The notes: generated by a model from the sequence alone, not told the origin. A stretch of 58,085 nucleotides of DNA, filler included, from Sphacelaria rigidula (GCA_964200075.2; 9 parts of 9 records of this genome joined end to end with filler, not necessarily neighbours in it); one strand, 5' to 3'. Shown: positions 23,892 through 36,791, counted from the first letter of the whole stretch. A program made the numbers and translations.

Positions 23892-25232
23892 TTGTTCACG
23901 CCACCTCAGTCCTCAACAAGGATGCTCAATTCCACTTCGAAACATTCCCTTTCAACCTCTGCATCTCTACGTTACCGGTTTGGCGCAATGGCGCACGTGT
24001 ACAAGCCATGTCTGATATCAACCGCCCTTCGACCTCATCGTAGCACGATGTCACGAAGGATGGTGCGCTCCCTACAGACAATGGTGAAAACAACCGTACA
24101 GCCAACCCAAATCATGCGTAGTGAGACGGTGGGCAAAAACAAACCGGACCGTTTTGATGTTGATGATAGCGTCGTTGCAGGACGTCTTTTCAGGGACGTG
24201 AGTGTGGATGAAGACAATCCTCCTTCACATGCTGACCCTGAACCCGTTGGTGCCCACTCCCCTGTACACCAAGCAGTCACTCAAACCGCTGACGGTGTTC
24301 CCACTCTTCATTCTCAGATGGCATCTCTCCAAGTGAGCCCTGATGCTACGAAAACCTTTCCTACCCATGACCCCCGCACCCAAACCGGTGCTGAACCCTG
24401 TAATAGCCCCACTCTGGCTGTTGATAACCAGCCCAAGCCAGAACAATCCCCGCCCACGCGTGACGAAGCATATTTCCAGCTCAAGCAAACTTCCCCAGCC
24501 GTCATTCCCCCGCGTTGGTACAACTTTTCGGTAAATGAACGAAAAAAGTGCTGGGACCAGATTGATAACAGTAATCTAGCACAGCTTGAACATGCGTTGA
24601 GAGAATTGGAATTTGCCCGCCTCCAGGCGGGTCAACATGAGGGTTTTTCAGGAGTACAAGAGCCCGCGCAGGTCCCCCGTGAGATGGATGTCCATCCCGA
24701 GAACAAGCCAACAGAACAAAATGAACTAGAACGCGCAATACGCAAATCCACGAAGGCTCTGGAAATTGCGGAGCAAGAATATAAGCTGTTGACAAAAATA
24801 CACTTGGAAGCTTCGCGTCATTTTGGACTATGTTGGCAAGTCTGGCAATCACAACTGCGTCGTACAGTCGCCTGCTCCGCCCCCAAGGCGACGACTGATT
24901 CACCGCCTGACCCACCTGACCTGGCACACTTTCAACCACATGCACCGGCCCACTCACAAAACGGTAGACGTTTACACATGAGTGGACCTAGTGCCGCGGC
25001 TGAACCCCGCCACGGCGGTACCCACACAGCACTGATGCTCACCTCACAACTTGACAACCTTTTGGGAACGTTCTACAAGTTGCGGAGATTTCAAATAGCA
25101 CACAGTGGGGTAACCCAGGACACGTTGCTTGGCCCAAAAGCTAAGCCCCGCCACCTGCCTATTTATTTTTCTAGTTCTGTACGTCATTTCTCATTTAGTT
25201 GGTACAATCCCACAATTAGAAACATGCAATGA
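23892..25232 (+). CDS. 446-codon intronless ORF of unknown function (P/S/T/Q-rich with a coiled-coil-like segment); probably part of a decayed gene or element
   Basis: It is the longest non-TE ORF in the window. The helical segment is NLAQLEHALRELEFARLQ...ELERAIRKSTKALEIAEQEYKLLTK. The flanking frames contain stops, and I recognise no family. Confidence 0.35.
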   Translation: MFTPPQSSTRMLNSTSKHSLSTSASLRYRFGAMAHVYKPCLISTALRPHRSTMSRRMVRSLQTMVKTTVQPTQIMRSETVGKNKPDRFDVDDSVVAGRLFRDVSVDEDNPPSHADPEPVGAHSPVHQAVTQTADGVPTLHSQMASLQVSPDATKTFPTHDPRTQTGAEPCNSPTLAVDNQPKPEQSPPTRDEAYFQLKQTSPAVIPPRWYNFSVNERKKCWDQIDNSNLAQLEHALRELEFARLQAGQHEGFSGVQEPAQVPREMDVHPENKPTEQNELERAIRKSTKALEIAEQEYKLLTKIHLEASRHFGLCWQVWQSQLRRTVACSAPKATTDSPPDPPDLAHFQPHAPAHSQNGRRLHMSGPSAAAEPRHGGTHTALMLTSQLDNLLGTFYKLRRFQIAHSGVTQDTLLGPKAKPRHLPIYFSSSVRHFSFSWYNPTIRNMQ

Positions 25233-26538
25233 CCGGTAATTCACTGCAGAAGTACCCAACACTTCCATGTCAACATTTTTTTTCGCTCGGCCAGGTCACG
25301 CACATCGCAGGCACGAATCAACGGTGGCCACCGCGGGTTCAACCATGTGGTGTGGGTTCCCTGGATATGCTGACAATGTCTTGAAGGGTTCCAAGACAGT
25401 CGAAGCCCGTGCACCGTTGCATAGCTATCAATGAACAAACCCCACGTTTTAACCCTGAATTGATCACCCAGTTTTACATTCATCAGGTACTAATCACATT
25501 CAATCGAATCGCCTCCCTTCACAGGAGAGGAAGTCATGTAGTGCAGTTTCTCACGCATCAGGAGCCGAAATATCTTCTGGTACGATAGACACTACTGCTC
25601 CGACCGTTCATCGGAGAACACAAAATTCGAAGCCTCACACTCGAGCACCCCCCAACTGCTGAAGTGCCCGGCTAACCACCCTACCGAGTTCCGCAAAAAC
25701 TACGGTACCCGGTTCCCTTTTATTTGATGAGCGTAATTATTCCTTGAAGGGTCGCAACCGCANNNNNNNNNNNNNNNNNNNNNNNNNNNNNNNNNNNNNN
25801 NNNNNNTTAATTAATTAANNNNNNNNNNNNNNNNNNNNNNNNNNNNNNNNNNNNNNNNNNNNCCCCCCCCCCCCCTCCCCCGGTATCGATCGAAGGCACT
25901 TGCGGACGGTATTTCCCTCGGGTTTTTGTCGCATACTGGCTAGCCTCCTCAAACCTCATTTCATTGATCAACCTAATTTCATAGAATCGCCTGTTACATG
26001 TTATTTGCACCCAGCCGATTGTGAATGCTGGCCACTAATACTCGCCTATAAGCCCTGATAGCCGTTCTCGTGGGTGCCATATATCACGTTATTTGCCGAT
26101 CTTCCCCTCGCGGGGGCAGAGATCAGATGGTGGGCTTGCAAAAGGCCATGGGCACTACTCCAGGGAGTGACCATCCCGGGCTTTCCGTACGGGTATACGA
26201 CGCCATGTCACACGAAAAATCTCGACAGATAGGTCACGAGCAACATGCACTGGAAGAGCTATCCAAGGCGAGTGGCATGAACATATTACCCGTTCAGATA
26301 TCACATTGCACGGGGGACCAGTGATTGGCGGAACACCATAGCTATCAGTATCGTGAAGAATGGCAACAGGTGTCATCGCCTGTTTAAAAACAACGGTTGC
26401 AAATTGTTGCTAGAAGCGCAAGCAAGTGATGGATATTTGGATGTGCCCATTGATTCGAGTGACAGCGCCGGAGCACATCGAGTGGCTTCGTCTCACTTCA
26501 CATCCGACGCCCTGAATTGAGGTCTTCCAACGGAGACA

Positions 26539-27140
26539 TGCTACGATAGGGGTTGCACTTTTCGTTTTGGGGTATCTTCTTTGTAGCGGCCCAAATATAC
26601 GCGGCTTACTGTGCTACCCAAATATCCGAGAACTGTACATGGAGATGCACGCAGGGGCCTTTTCGTGAATCGACATCATGTTCGACCTGTTGCAAGTGAA
26701 AATGATGCCGATTCTCAAAATGACCCGTCCAACACCCGAGAAACATTTCCGTCAAAAACGTGCAACCCCTACCGTAGCAGCACTCAATGCACAATTACCC
26801 CAGAATGCATGTTGCAATTTTCAAGCCCCTACGTACCCCTTTCACAGGAGGGAGTTAGGGTCAGTGCTCGCGTAAGGTTCGGAGGCAGTATAGTGAGTGA
26901 TGCTACGATAGGGTTGCACTTTTTGAGCGAAAGTGTTTCTCGGGGTGTTGCACGAATAATTTTGAGAATCGGCATCATTTTCACTTGAAAAAGACTGAAA
27001 ATGATGCCGATCCATAAAAAGGCCCCTGTGTGCATCTCCATGTCCTGTCCCCGGAGATTTGGGTTGCACAGTAAGCCCCATATATTTAGGCTCCTACAAA
27101 AAGGAGACCCAGAAACAAAAAGTGCAACCGCTATCTTAGC
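26539..27140. mobile_element. Foldback element: two ~250-bp inverted arms around a ~105-bp spacer
   Basis: 26539-26787 is reverse-complementary to 26893-27140. Each arm is itself bounded by TGCTACGATAGGG(G)TTGCAC / GTGCAACC..TA.C.TAGCA. Confidence 0.85.
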
Positions 27141-27412
27141 ATTGCTCTAGTCGTAAAATCAAGCATAGGTTTCGGACAAGCGGCGAAAATCCTCCGCATC
27201 TGACGAGATTCTCCATGTTCAGATCTTCCATTCCAGAATTCGAATGAAGTATGACCGGTAAGACACATAATTTCCGCCATACCAGACAGTGGCATCGCAG
27301 TCGCTCCGTCATATATACGCCCCGAACGATAATATGATGTCTAATCCCCCTTGAGTACTCTCCAACTAGCTCCTCGTGAGCGCTACACCACAAATACCGG
27401 CTTCGGGGCGGT

Positions 27413-27620
27413 ATTCATTCGTGATACACTTCGGCCGGTTTCCAGAACCACCTACCCATAAGCGCTGCAGCACACCACCGGTCACGTGGCGGGATTCAAC
27501 TCGTGACACATATCGGCCGATTTTCAAAACCAGCTCTCCATAAGCGCTACATCACGCTATCCGCATCGTGGAAGAATTCAATTCATGACACACATCGGTC
27601 GGTTTCCAAAACCAAGTTCC
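27413..27620 (+). repeat. Tandem repeat, ~82-bp unit x 2.5
   Basis: ATTCA..TC.TGA.ACA..TCGG.CG.TTT.CA.AACCA at 27413, 27494 and 27576. Confidence 0.75.
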
Positions 27621-28239
27621 TTTCAGCATCGTGATGACGGTTCATACCAACGACGTGCATACACCGGCATATTTCCTACATCACACCGCAACATGGTGGA
27701 ATAATGGCACCCACTGTCACACACGAAATTTACCGGTGCTGTTACGCTTCAAGATTATTAGCACGCAGACACAGGCGACACATTCACGTCGACTTCTGAT
27801 ACCGGTGACACCCTCCGACACACGGAACAACAACTTTTCCTCATGCTCACGGGGTTTTGTGGGTGACCCGGATATTAAGCACGCTAGAAAACCAGATGAG
27901 AAACAATTCTGAGGGCGAGATATATTGCAAGTGTCTCCAATGGCGTATACGCCATAGTCGAGCTGATTTCCGAACCCAACCGTGGGGTGATGATACTAAT
28001 CTACAAGTTCTTACACCGTTGAGGATTCCTATATTTCGGTGATCCCACATTTCACTCGGTTTATCGAATCTAGCGGCGTGTTCCATTATAGCAGTTCAGT
28101 GTAACACGTATACTGATATGGATGTATCAGACAGCACATGGTCGATTTTCGAAACCAGACACATGCAAGCAACAGTGCGGTGTGGTGCATATTGTATGAG
28201 CCGCACGTACTCCATAAGTACCACCTGACGAACGACGAT

Positions 28240-30650
28240 TGAGGACAATTGTTTGTTGTCATGAGGATTGTTGGGACTTGCGACGAATATGTCCATGTTG
28301 ACAATGGATGCGAATGTCTAGTGTTTTTTATGGTGGTCGTTCGCTTATGGAGTCTTGACGATGATGGCTGCCACCACGCACACGCCGTAGTCAACTTCCA
28401 TCCGCGTACAATCCGTTGAAATACATATTTCGCGGTGTACCATTTTGTAGAATACCAGCAAGCGGGAGCAATATATCGAGTACGGAGAAAATGACGCTGG
28501 GTCGAGATGTGAGTGCCGATAACTGGCATCATGTCCGCAAGAGGTACGGGACGTCGTTGAGCGTGCTACAAACGTGCGCCGATGCAGTGTACAGCTCATC
28601 TCGGAGGCGTCACAGCATCCTCGACTCCACGGTGGTATTTCGATATTATGGGGTCATATGCTAGTGTGGGGTCACATGCTGGTGTATTACGACCCCTCTC
28701 GCTTATGGCATGATTGGTGAGCAACACGTCGCTAGTTAGATCCAGAGACACGCGACACTTGATAGTCTCTCGAAGTGTATCCCAATAGCCCTATGCCTTC
28801 GCTCCTCGCACGACTATGAATTGGAATACGATGAATAGTAGATGTCGGTGACGATATGCCGTGCCGAACTATATCCTGACGTCCAACGTCTCCATGTCCA
28901 GCCGTCCGTGACTCGACCGCGCTGGTGGGAATTGATATGGTGGGAACCCGGTGCCGGCGACGGCAACCAGCCTGTGGGGTCTCGCAACCGTGGTATGAAC
29001 AACGCCGCGGGCAGCGATGCCGTTGATGCTCGGAATACCCGGCGGGATAGGGCTCGAAATGCGGGGGTAGACGGAGGGGACTATATCAGCCTTGCGCGTT
29101 CCGGCAGCAGCCGCAGCAACAGCCGATCGGCGGGCAGTCATGCCGTCGGCAAGAAAGTGGCGTAGGCTCACTCCCACTTATCCCTGAGCGGAGAAAGGAG
29201 GGCAAACGCCGAAAGTCCCCCGCCCCTCAGAAGAATTCTTCGTCCGAACGTCCTCCACAATCGCCGATGCCTGAGATCTGGGACGAAGGCGCTGTCGCAC
29301 TTCATGGTGCCGATCGTGGGAATAGCGACAACAACCGCAACAATGCCGGCGATGCGGCGTGTGGGGAAAGTCGCTGCACAAGATAAGAAGAATCTGACGG
29401 AGGCAAGCTGCCCGGCAGGGATCGCGGCGGGGACGGTGACCGTGAAGAAAAGAGCTACGATAATGATCCTAAGGAGAACGGCGCTACTGTTTCCATCAAC
29501 AGAAGACGCTAGGAAAATGGCGCCTTTTCATCTGATGAAGATGATAACTCGAGTGAATCCGCTTTACCATCCCAGTCAGAAGCCGAGGGGGGCGTCATCG
29601 ACCTCGTCAGAGATGGCAGGGCAGACAACCATATCGCACGAGACTCTGGCGGCGCTTTGGTTTGTGCAAGTCCCGTGCACCCTCCTGAAGGGTGAGGATA
29701 TGTTACAGTGGGCACAATTTATGGGAATATAATTGTCGGACGAACGTCGAAACCACACACTAAATTCATGTGCAAATGGTTAACGTAATGGGCTATAGCG
29801 GTGCCCGTCCTGCTAAAAACCCTCAAGACATGTAACGCATCCGGTTTCTGAAACCCAGTCGGCGCCAATACGTTTCCCTAAATGAATATCCTGAAGCTTC
29901 TATGTTTCTGCATGAATCAATTCGTAACGCGAGCTGCCACCAAATTCTTCATGGCGCCGGTGTTCTTCGTCCGCATCCCAACGTTTGCACCGCAGTGTTA
30001 TCGAGAAAATACGAGAGATCATAGAGAATACCCGCACAGAGATCTTCCAAGATGGATTGATTCGCGATAAGGAGGCGGACGTGTGGAAGGCGGTGGTTTC
30101 TGACATGCACGAGGGGGTGGATCGTGACGATTTCACAAGGGGCCATGAATGTCCACTTATTCGCAACCTGTACGTCGGCGACCGCATTCCGAAGGATGAA
30201 TACCAGTTTTCCACGGCATACATATTCGCCCCTTACTGGACCATGCCCCAGAAGTGGGTGGGTACAAGTAAGCTGTCCCTATCCGACTACGAGGGCGCTG
30301 TATCAAGACAGCAAATTTTCCCCAAGGGGAATGAGAGTGAATCCTTACTTCAACTGGTTATGGATGGAAAAGCGAAGTTCCCGACGACTGACGCGGATGC
30401 CGTTACGTGGCGCAACAGGAAAGAAGGTCTAGAGAGTAGACGTACGGCTCGGGGACGGAGGTGGGCCGGCCAGTGCTGAGTAGGAGTTGGTGCCACACAG
30501 CAATTGTAGCGTGTAGGCATCTCCAGGCCGTTTATATGAAGGGGTCGGGGCGTATGGTCTTCGTTCCGCCGCAGGAACCGCCCGGCGTTATACACCACAG
30601 CACCAGCCAGGTGGAATGTTCCTCTCACTGTGTATTGCAATTGAATTGCT
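28240..30650 (+). pseudogene. Decayed ORF with two SWIM-type zinc-finger-like motifs (possible Mutator-like or other DNA transposon protein)
   Basis: 28261-28392 reads YVHVDNGCECLVFF...GCHHAHAVV (CxC..CxH). ~30468-30535 reads GQC/(frameshift)RSWCHTAIVACRHLQAVY. An open 164-aa segment lies at 29985-30479. Confidence 0.45.
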
Positions 30651-31629
30651 AAGCTGAAGAAATGAAGCAAGGTTGCTCCTTTTCCCGAGACGTCCGAGAA
30701 GATCTCGGAGTTTGTTTTGCAGAATATATACGGTGGCTGCCCCACGGCCTGATGCCTTGGCCCGTAGGCCGTGCCAACATGTATGTCCTGTGCATTTTTG
30801 GATATTTGACAAGGGTTAGCAGGGACATGCTCATCGGATGGCTTGTGTGACGTGGGCATGGCGCTTTCAGGTTGTGACGTTGCCTCTCAAATAAAGACTT
30901 CAAAACGTGGTCCACGTAATGCCCATGTAACCGGCATGAACGGTTCCGTTTGATCATGACTAATTCGCCGCTGCTCGCATCGGCTTCAGGCACATGTATC
31001 GGGGGGCGTAGTGGCTCGACTTTACTTTCGGGCGTAGTGGCTCGAATTTACTCTCAGGCAGGCTAGCATCACTATGTCATGCTGGTTTCCGGATGACAGA
31101 CGTTTTGGACATCCCACCAAAATTGCCAGAGGCGAGCGAATGAAGAGAGGTTGCCATTCCACTACTGGGCTCGTTTGCAGCAATTTCGCCCACATGACAG
31201 GCGTGTAGTAAGCAGTCCGAAATCAGCTATATCGCCCAAATGAGTCGCTTCGTGCAGCACGGAACCAGCTCTAACGACACTTATGATCACCCCCTCCGTG
31301 CACGTTTTTGGCCGGTTCGGGGGGGGGTATCTCGGTACCAATCCCATGCTATTCCTCTTTTGTCGTCTGTCTTTTTTTCTCCTTCTCCCCCCCGTTTCTT
31401 TCGGTGTGATTTTCAGCAGATCTGATTCACCCCCCCCCCCCTCCCTTCATCACGATGAACTCGGAGAGGCTGTTCCTCATTCGTTTTCTTGGCGTCTCTC
31501 TTCTTACTCTCGTTGTTGCAATACTTTGGTTGATTATTCATGTTTTTGTATTAAGTCTAGAGTCTCAGACAAATGATGAGGACTTTCATGGCTTGTGAAG
31601 AATACTGGGGACGGTATCGGAAAGACGAG

Positions 31630-31700
31630 CTTCCGTCTGTGACCACGGGTTCGACAGAGATCGGACTAGTGTGCCGAAATTGTCACTATAATAAAATAAC
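31630..31700 (+). mobile_element. Retroposon-like 3' end with A/T-rich trinucleotide tail (family D); second copy at ~55870-56080
   Basis: CGTCTGTGACCACG....GAGATCGGACTA.TGTGC.GAAAT followed by (ATA/ATG)n in both copies. Confidence 0.6.
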
Positions 31701-32355
31701 AGGCGATGAACAGTCTGATTGAACCATTTTTTCGTGGAATTGAGAGTAGAGCGTCAATTGAAAGTGGGTTTATCATTCGCTTTAAGTTCACCAGTTTTTC
31801 ATTTTAGCGCCGTGTCTCGAACCACTTCGTGTGGCAACCAATCCGTATTCGTACAAATATGAGGAAATCAGCCCGTTTATATCCGATTTTCTCTCGTGGA
31901 TTGGTTTTCTGGACCCCAGTCCTTCGGGAGATGTTTTTCGCCTGACTCCGAGGAAACCAGATCAATTCTCCGACTCTCTGAGCGCTGACTTTTGGTTTAT
32001 CACACTTCTGCTTAGATCGGAAGACTGCCGCATCTCCCCCGATTTGGGTCCCAGATTCGGGGGAGATGCGGGAGTCCCTTCTTTCCCTTGTAAAACTTGC
32101 GTGTGCTTACAGCTACATGTTCATATAACAGTGGATCCTAGAAAATGGGGTTCGTCCAAATAATGAGGTTGAAGTGGCATTTCTCTTTTGCAGGGAAGAC
32201 GCGAAACACTCACGACCGAGCGGAGCCNNNNNNNNNNNNNNNNNNNNNNNNNNNNNNNNNNNNNNNNNNNNTTAATTAATTAANNNNNNNNNNNNNNNNN
32301 NNNNNNNNNNNNNNNNNNNNNNNNNNNGTAGACTGGTGCCCAGAATAAATGGGAC

Positions 32356-32408
<53 letters not shown>

Positions 32409-32818
32409 CCAAAACATGAGATGAGACACACCGTGAGACCGACTCTAATGGAACCTGGTAAGTCTCCCAGATCGTCTCCAATGGTAAATGTGGTAAATCC
32501 GAGCTGTCGTTGTACATCTGGTCTGTTCACGTGAAGAATATCGCCCAAGGGTCAACATGCGCATCTTTCAGAGACTGTCCTCTGCGTTCCAAAATTAAGA
32601 TGCCGTGTATAGGGTGTGAAGGTCTGGAACGTGTGAGCGCGGTGACTCGCCCTTCCGGCCTGTTCGCCTGTTTAGCGAGCCTTCTGTGCTTTTGTTTTAC
32701 GATCGGTTTATTCTAGGAGTGGGCACGTCTTCTGCGATTCATTTCTGACGCAGACCTGCCGAATGTTTGCGCGCGCATTCATGGCTCCTTGGCATTTGTT
32801 TTACGCTTGTTGGAACAG

Positions 32819-32914
32819 TGGCGAAGGTGGAACAAGAGAAGCTTAATCCTGAAGGAGGAAATTCGGGAGTACCATGAGGCACCCGGGGGGGGTCTTCAGG
32901 CCGTGTGTCTTCAG
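32819..32914 (+). CDS. CCR4/nocturnin/Angel-family EEP nuclease, exon A
   Basis: CAG|...|GTACGC; encodes WRRWNKRSLILKEEIREYHEAPGGGLQAVCLQ (the W..R...EI....CLQ motif). Confidence 0.85.
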
Positions 32915-33239
32915 GTACGCGCGTGCACTGTAGCAGGAGGAACAGCAGTGCGCCAAAGCGCGTTGTATTGTACGGGTGGGAAGCAGCCCATGCAGTATAG
33001 TGATGGCAAAAAAGTATTTTATATCGAGGTTTATAGCCACGCGATGTGCACGCGCGAGAAGTGGCGCCGAAGATGCCTTCGAGACACTCGGGTAGCCACC
33101 CTGAGGACGTTGAAAATATTGAGTTTGCTTCCCTGAACACGCCCCGTGTGGAAACATGTCACGCACGATATCACCTACTACAGTGGATGACAATAAGAAA
33201 ACTTGAAAACCTGAAGTTTCCGTGTCATGCGCCATGCAG

Positions 33240-33361
33240 GAGGTCACACCGAAGACGCTCGGAGACACCTGGATTCCATTTATGAAGGAACTGGGTCTGG
33301 AGTATCACTTGTACCAGCCTAAAAACGGCCATCGGTACCAGCGACTGGATCCTGTTTACAA
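33240..33361 (+). CDS. EEP nuclease, exon B
   Basis: CAG|GAG GTC completes CLQ-EV; encodes EVTPKTLGDTWIPFMKELGLEYHLYQPKNGHRYQRLDPVY; donor AA|GTGAGA, phase 2. Confidence 0.85.
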
Positions 33362-34814
33362 GTGAGATCACATCACCTCGGATTTGCCTGTCTTTGAACA
33401 AAAAATTGATTGATTCTGATTGATTGATTGTCGCACTTTAATTGACCCCCCAGGTAGTCGTGATCTAGCCGTGGTCAGACGATAGACGTACCGGAGATAA
33501 GACAAAACCGAAACACTCGCTGAGGAAAAAACAATAACAAGAGGAAACAGAGAAGGTAGAACAGAACAACAGAGTAGACTAAAATACAGAAAAAAAGGAA
33601 ACAAAATAAAAAATGGCCGACCTATCCCACATATGACACACGGCTGCCGTGGTGAAAGTGGCTGGATTTTCTAAGCATGCCGTGCAGAAAGGCACTTGTA
33701 ACACCGCCTTCGGCGAGATGTGGACGCACTGCACGGGCACCGAGATGAATGGGCGGAGTTTGTCGGTCATTTTCTGCGACTTCAGCCCCATGGATGAAGC
33801 ACGCTATTTTGAATCACTCAGGTCTCACGTTCTTGAGTCGATTCACTGAGTGTTAAAAGGGTTGCTTGATGTCCTTGGGCGCTTGATCAACACCAGAGGT
33901 TGACTTGTACAGTGGCAGGCCGTTTGATGTCCTCGGGCACTTGATCATCGCCAGCGCTTGGCCCTAAGCATGCCCTGGACAATTGCCCCACACAGATTTC
34001 GTGCCTAGCGGGTTACACGGCCGACCACTTGTGGGAAACTATTTATCTCCACATATTCAGTAACGGTTATGCCAAAGTGATATGGGGAAAATAAGGTGTA
34101 GGGGGTGGACGGGAAATCAGGTGTAGAGGGTAGACGTCCGTGCGACCTTCAATTTCGGTATTTCCTGTACTGACTTGAAACACGCACCCCATCGCACCTG
34201 TCACACCTCCACTGCACCTCATGCCACCCCCCGAATCCGACCCGCTGCAACCCTGCATGCGTTCGCTGCACCGTACGAAACGATGAAGTTGGAGTGATAC
34301 CGTGAGGAAATCAAGTGCTATCGTGGTCATGTTCATGTGCTTCGTACGAATATTCGGTCACAGTGTAAAAAAACACAAAGTGCGCATGAGTGATATCACA
34401 GCTCAAAGGCAAGAAGGTCGTGGATGTCTAGTAGTTTTTCTTTACACCCTGGTATACACCGATTGAGGGGAGTGAAGATGAGGAAAATGCTGCAAAAATG
34501 AGGATTCCATGAAACGCACCCTGGAAATTGTGCCCGCTGCATAGAAGAGGGTGGCGGTACGTTTTCGGGATCCTCTGCTACTGAGTAGCATTACCATGTT
34601 CGGTAGGTAGAACTCACCGCTAGCCCAACCGGGGAGACATTGTTCACGTTTCTCCCGCAGCGGGGTGTGAGACCCGTGCGACGGCTTATACCACCTCTAT
34701 CGTGCCAAACGTATCAGGTGAAAGCAAGATGCGTATGCGCACTTGCTTTGCGCACCCTCTCATCGAACGCGGATGCTTGTTTATTGACCCGCCCATTACT
34801 CGCGATCTTCGAAG

Positions 34815-35331
34815 GCGAATGCCCGAGCGTGGCAAGTGCCTGGGCGTGGCCATTTTCTACAGCAAGAAGACCTTCAAAAAGCTAGCCGAGAAGCGAGTAT
34901 ACTTGCCCGACGAGGTAGAGCACCTTCGACAACTGCAACACCACCCCAATAACGAGCAGCCCGCGGGGCCATCGAGGCTGGAATATGACCTTGCCACGAA
35001 GCCAGACGCAGCAGTAATGCTGAGGTTACAACTTCGAGAAGATCCGTCGGCTGTGGGACGGACGGGATCGGTGTCTTCTGCGAGTGAACCGGACCGGTCC
35101 ATCACACTGGTCTGTTGCCATCTTTGGTTCCATCCGGCCAGACCAGATATGAAAACCGCGCAGTGTAAATTGCTCCTGGATGCCGTGGAACGGTTTCATG
35201 AGGAATGTGGGGTACTATCGATAGAAAAGGCGGGTGAGGGAGCCGGGCGACTGGCGACAAATCTAGTGGTGTGCGGGGACTTCAATTCGCTGCCCGTGGT
35301 TCAACCGGCGTATTGGCCTCGCCCACTGAGG
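34815..35331 (+). CDS. EEP nuclease, exon C
   Basis: The phase-2 AAG acceptor fits exon B. It contains GVAIFY, CHLWFHP..PDMKTAQ and VVCGDFNSLP; donor AGG|GTGAGA. Confidence 0.9.
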
Positions 35332-36791
35332 GTGAGAAACGAGTGGGATGCCGATGTGTCTTGGTCTCCTTTTCGGATTCCCTCTGCTTTTCTTTGGAGA
35401 GAAAGTGAGGTATGCTATTGATACCACGTGCTACAACTTGCCGCAATAATTTGCCCATTGTGGTGAGTCTGGACAGTAGAATCAAATCGGGCGATTTCTG
35501 ATGGCCATCGAAGTTTGTCCTCAACCCATCTCTTCAGCGCGAGCTTGTCCCTCGAAATACATCACCCGCTGGTAGTCCCGCGGATAAGTGGGTGCGTCTG
35601 TGAGCATTTTTTGTGGGGTATGTCGGGGCACGGAAACTATGCCCAGTCGAAATGTTCATCGAAGTCAGCTGCTCGGTTTTCGTGTCTATACAGGATGTCC
35701 GTTCCTACTTCAGATAGTGGGCTGTTGAGGTCTGTTGAGGATGTTGTTGCACGCTTTCGCGCCCAAGCGGTCAGCGTCAAACGGACGAATGCACTTATTC
35801 TCGACCATCTATGGCGCCGCTGTCGAAAGGTGTGTTTTCTCATACGCTAAATCGTCAGAATTCCCGCCGCTTGGGCTGATGTACGCCAAGGACGGCGAGT
35901 GCTATGTATGCTAAGATCATGTACGTGAACACCGCTGTTTGTTTTTGTGAAATCCTTCATGTCCCCAAGTTCGTTACTACTTTTGTCGTACCTTTCCTCA
36001 GCTTTACCTTGTGCCCGTAATAGCAGTAGTTCCTACCTTCGTGCTGGTGCTTCGGGCGAAAGGCGAAGATACGATCTTCGAGATGACAACAGACCTTCCC
36101 CCAATTGGGCGGTACACAGAGTGTCTTGCATTCGACCCAAAGTGTGTGAGATCGCTACAGTGATCCAGTCGCTATTTTTTGCTTCGTTCTCTTTCTTCAT
36201 AGTGTATTCTCGTCTCGGGTTAATATCACAATCGACTTCCCTTTTTTTTTAGAAGTACTATTTTTTCTCTTATGTAGCATGTCACTGTCCGTCAGGCGAC
36301 ATGGCCCGGCGCCCTCGCCGTGGACGATATGTCCCCGAGAAAGTAGGCACTGCCTAACGGGGGGCAATTCTGCACTGTACAGCCCATGGCTTCGCCGACA
36401 AAGATGTTGAACCAAGCGTGTGATTGAACTCGCCTTTGCTCTGCAGCCGTCACGTCAGGTCGTAATTTTGCTGATGCTATTTGCCGCTGCGTCGTAACGA
36501 AGAACAAAATTCGGTTGAAGACTAGGAAGTTGTGGTGTTTCTGGAGTTGTCGTGTTTTTCCTTTTCCAGTCCTGTGACTCTCCTAGTGCACTTGACGAAC
36601 CCCGAGATATGTACCTAACTTTCAAAATCGCATGGGTTTCGCAACAGGTATGTTCTTCTCCACGTTTGTGCTTTCTCAGTTTATGGATATACCTGCAGGA
36701 TGGTTGCAACAACATTGTTATTTTACCCAGGACTTTCCATTTGCCGTTTCTCTTTTTCTGTCGTCACGTTACCTTTACCGCTGTCACTCAG

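Noticed and set aside
19398..32227. Endogenous phaeovirus or NCLDV segment
   Set aside because: I recognised no viral hallmark gene and coding density is low. It cannot be fully excluded without a search.
33786..33821. Candidate CCR4 exon PMDEARYFESLR
   Set aside because: The donor is weak, and exon 33240-33361 already supplies the EV motif and joins exon C in phase.
34668..34670. In-frame TGA as selenocysteine
   Set aside because: The position is not a conserved Cys or catalytic site, I saw no SECIS and the gene reads through without this segment.
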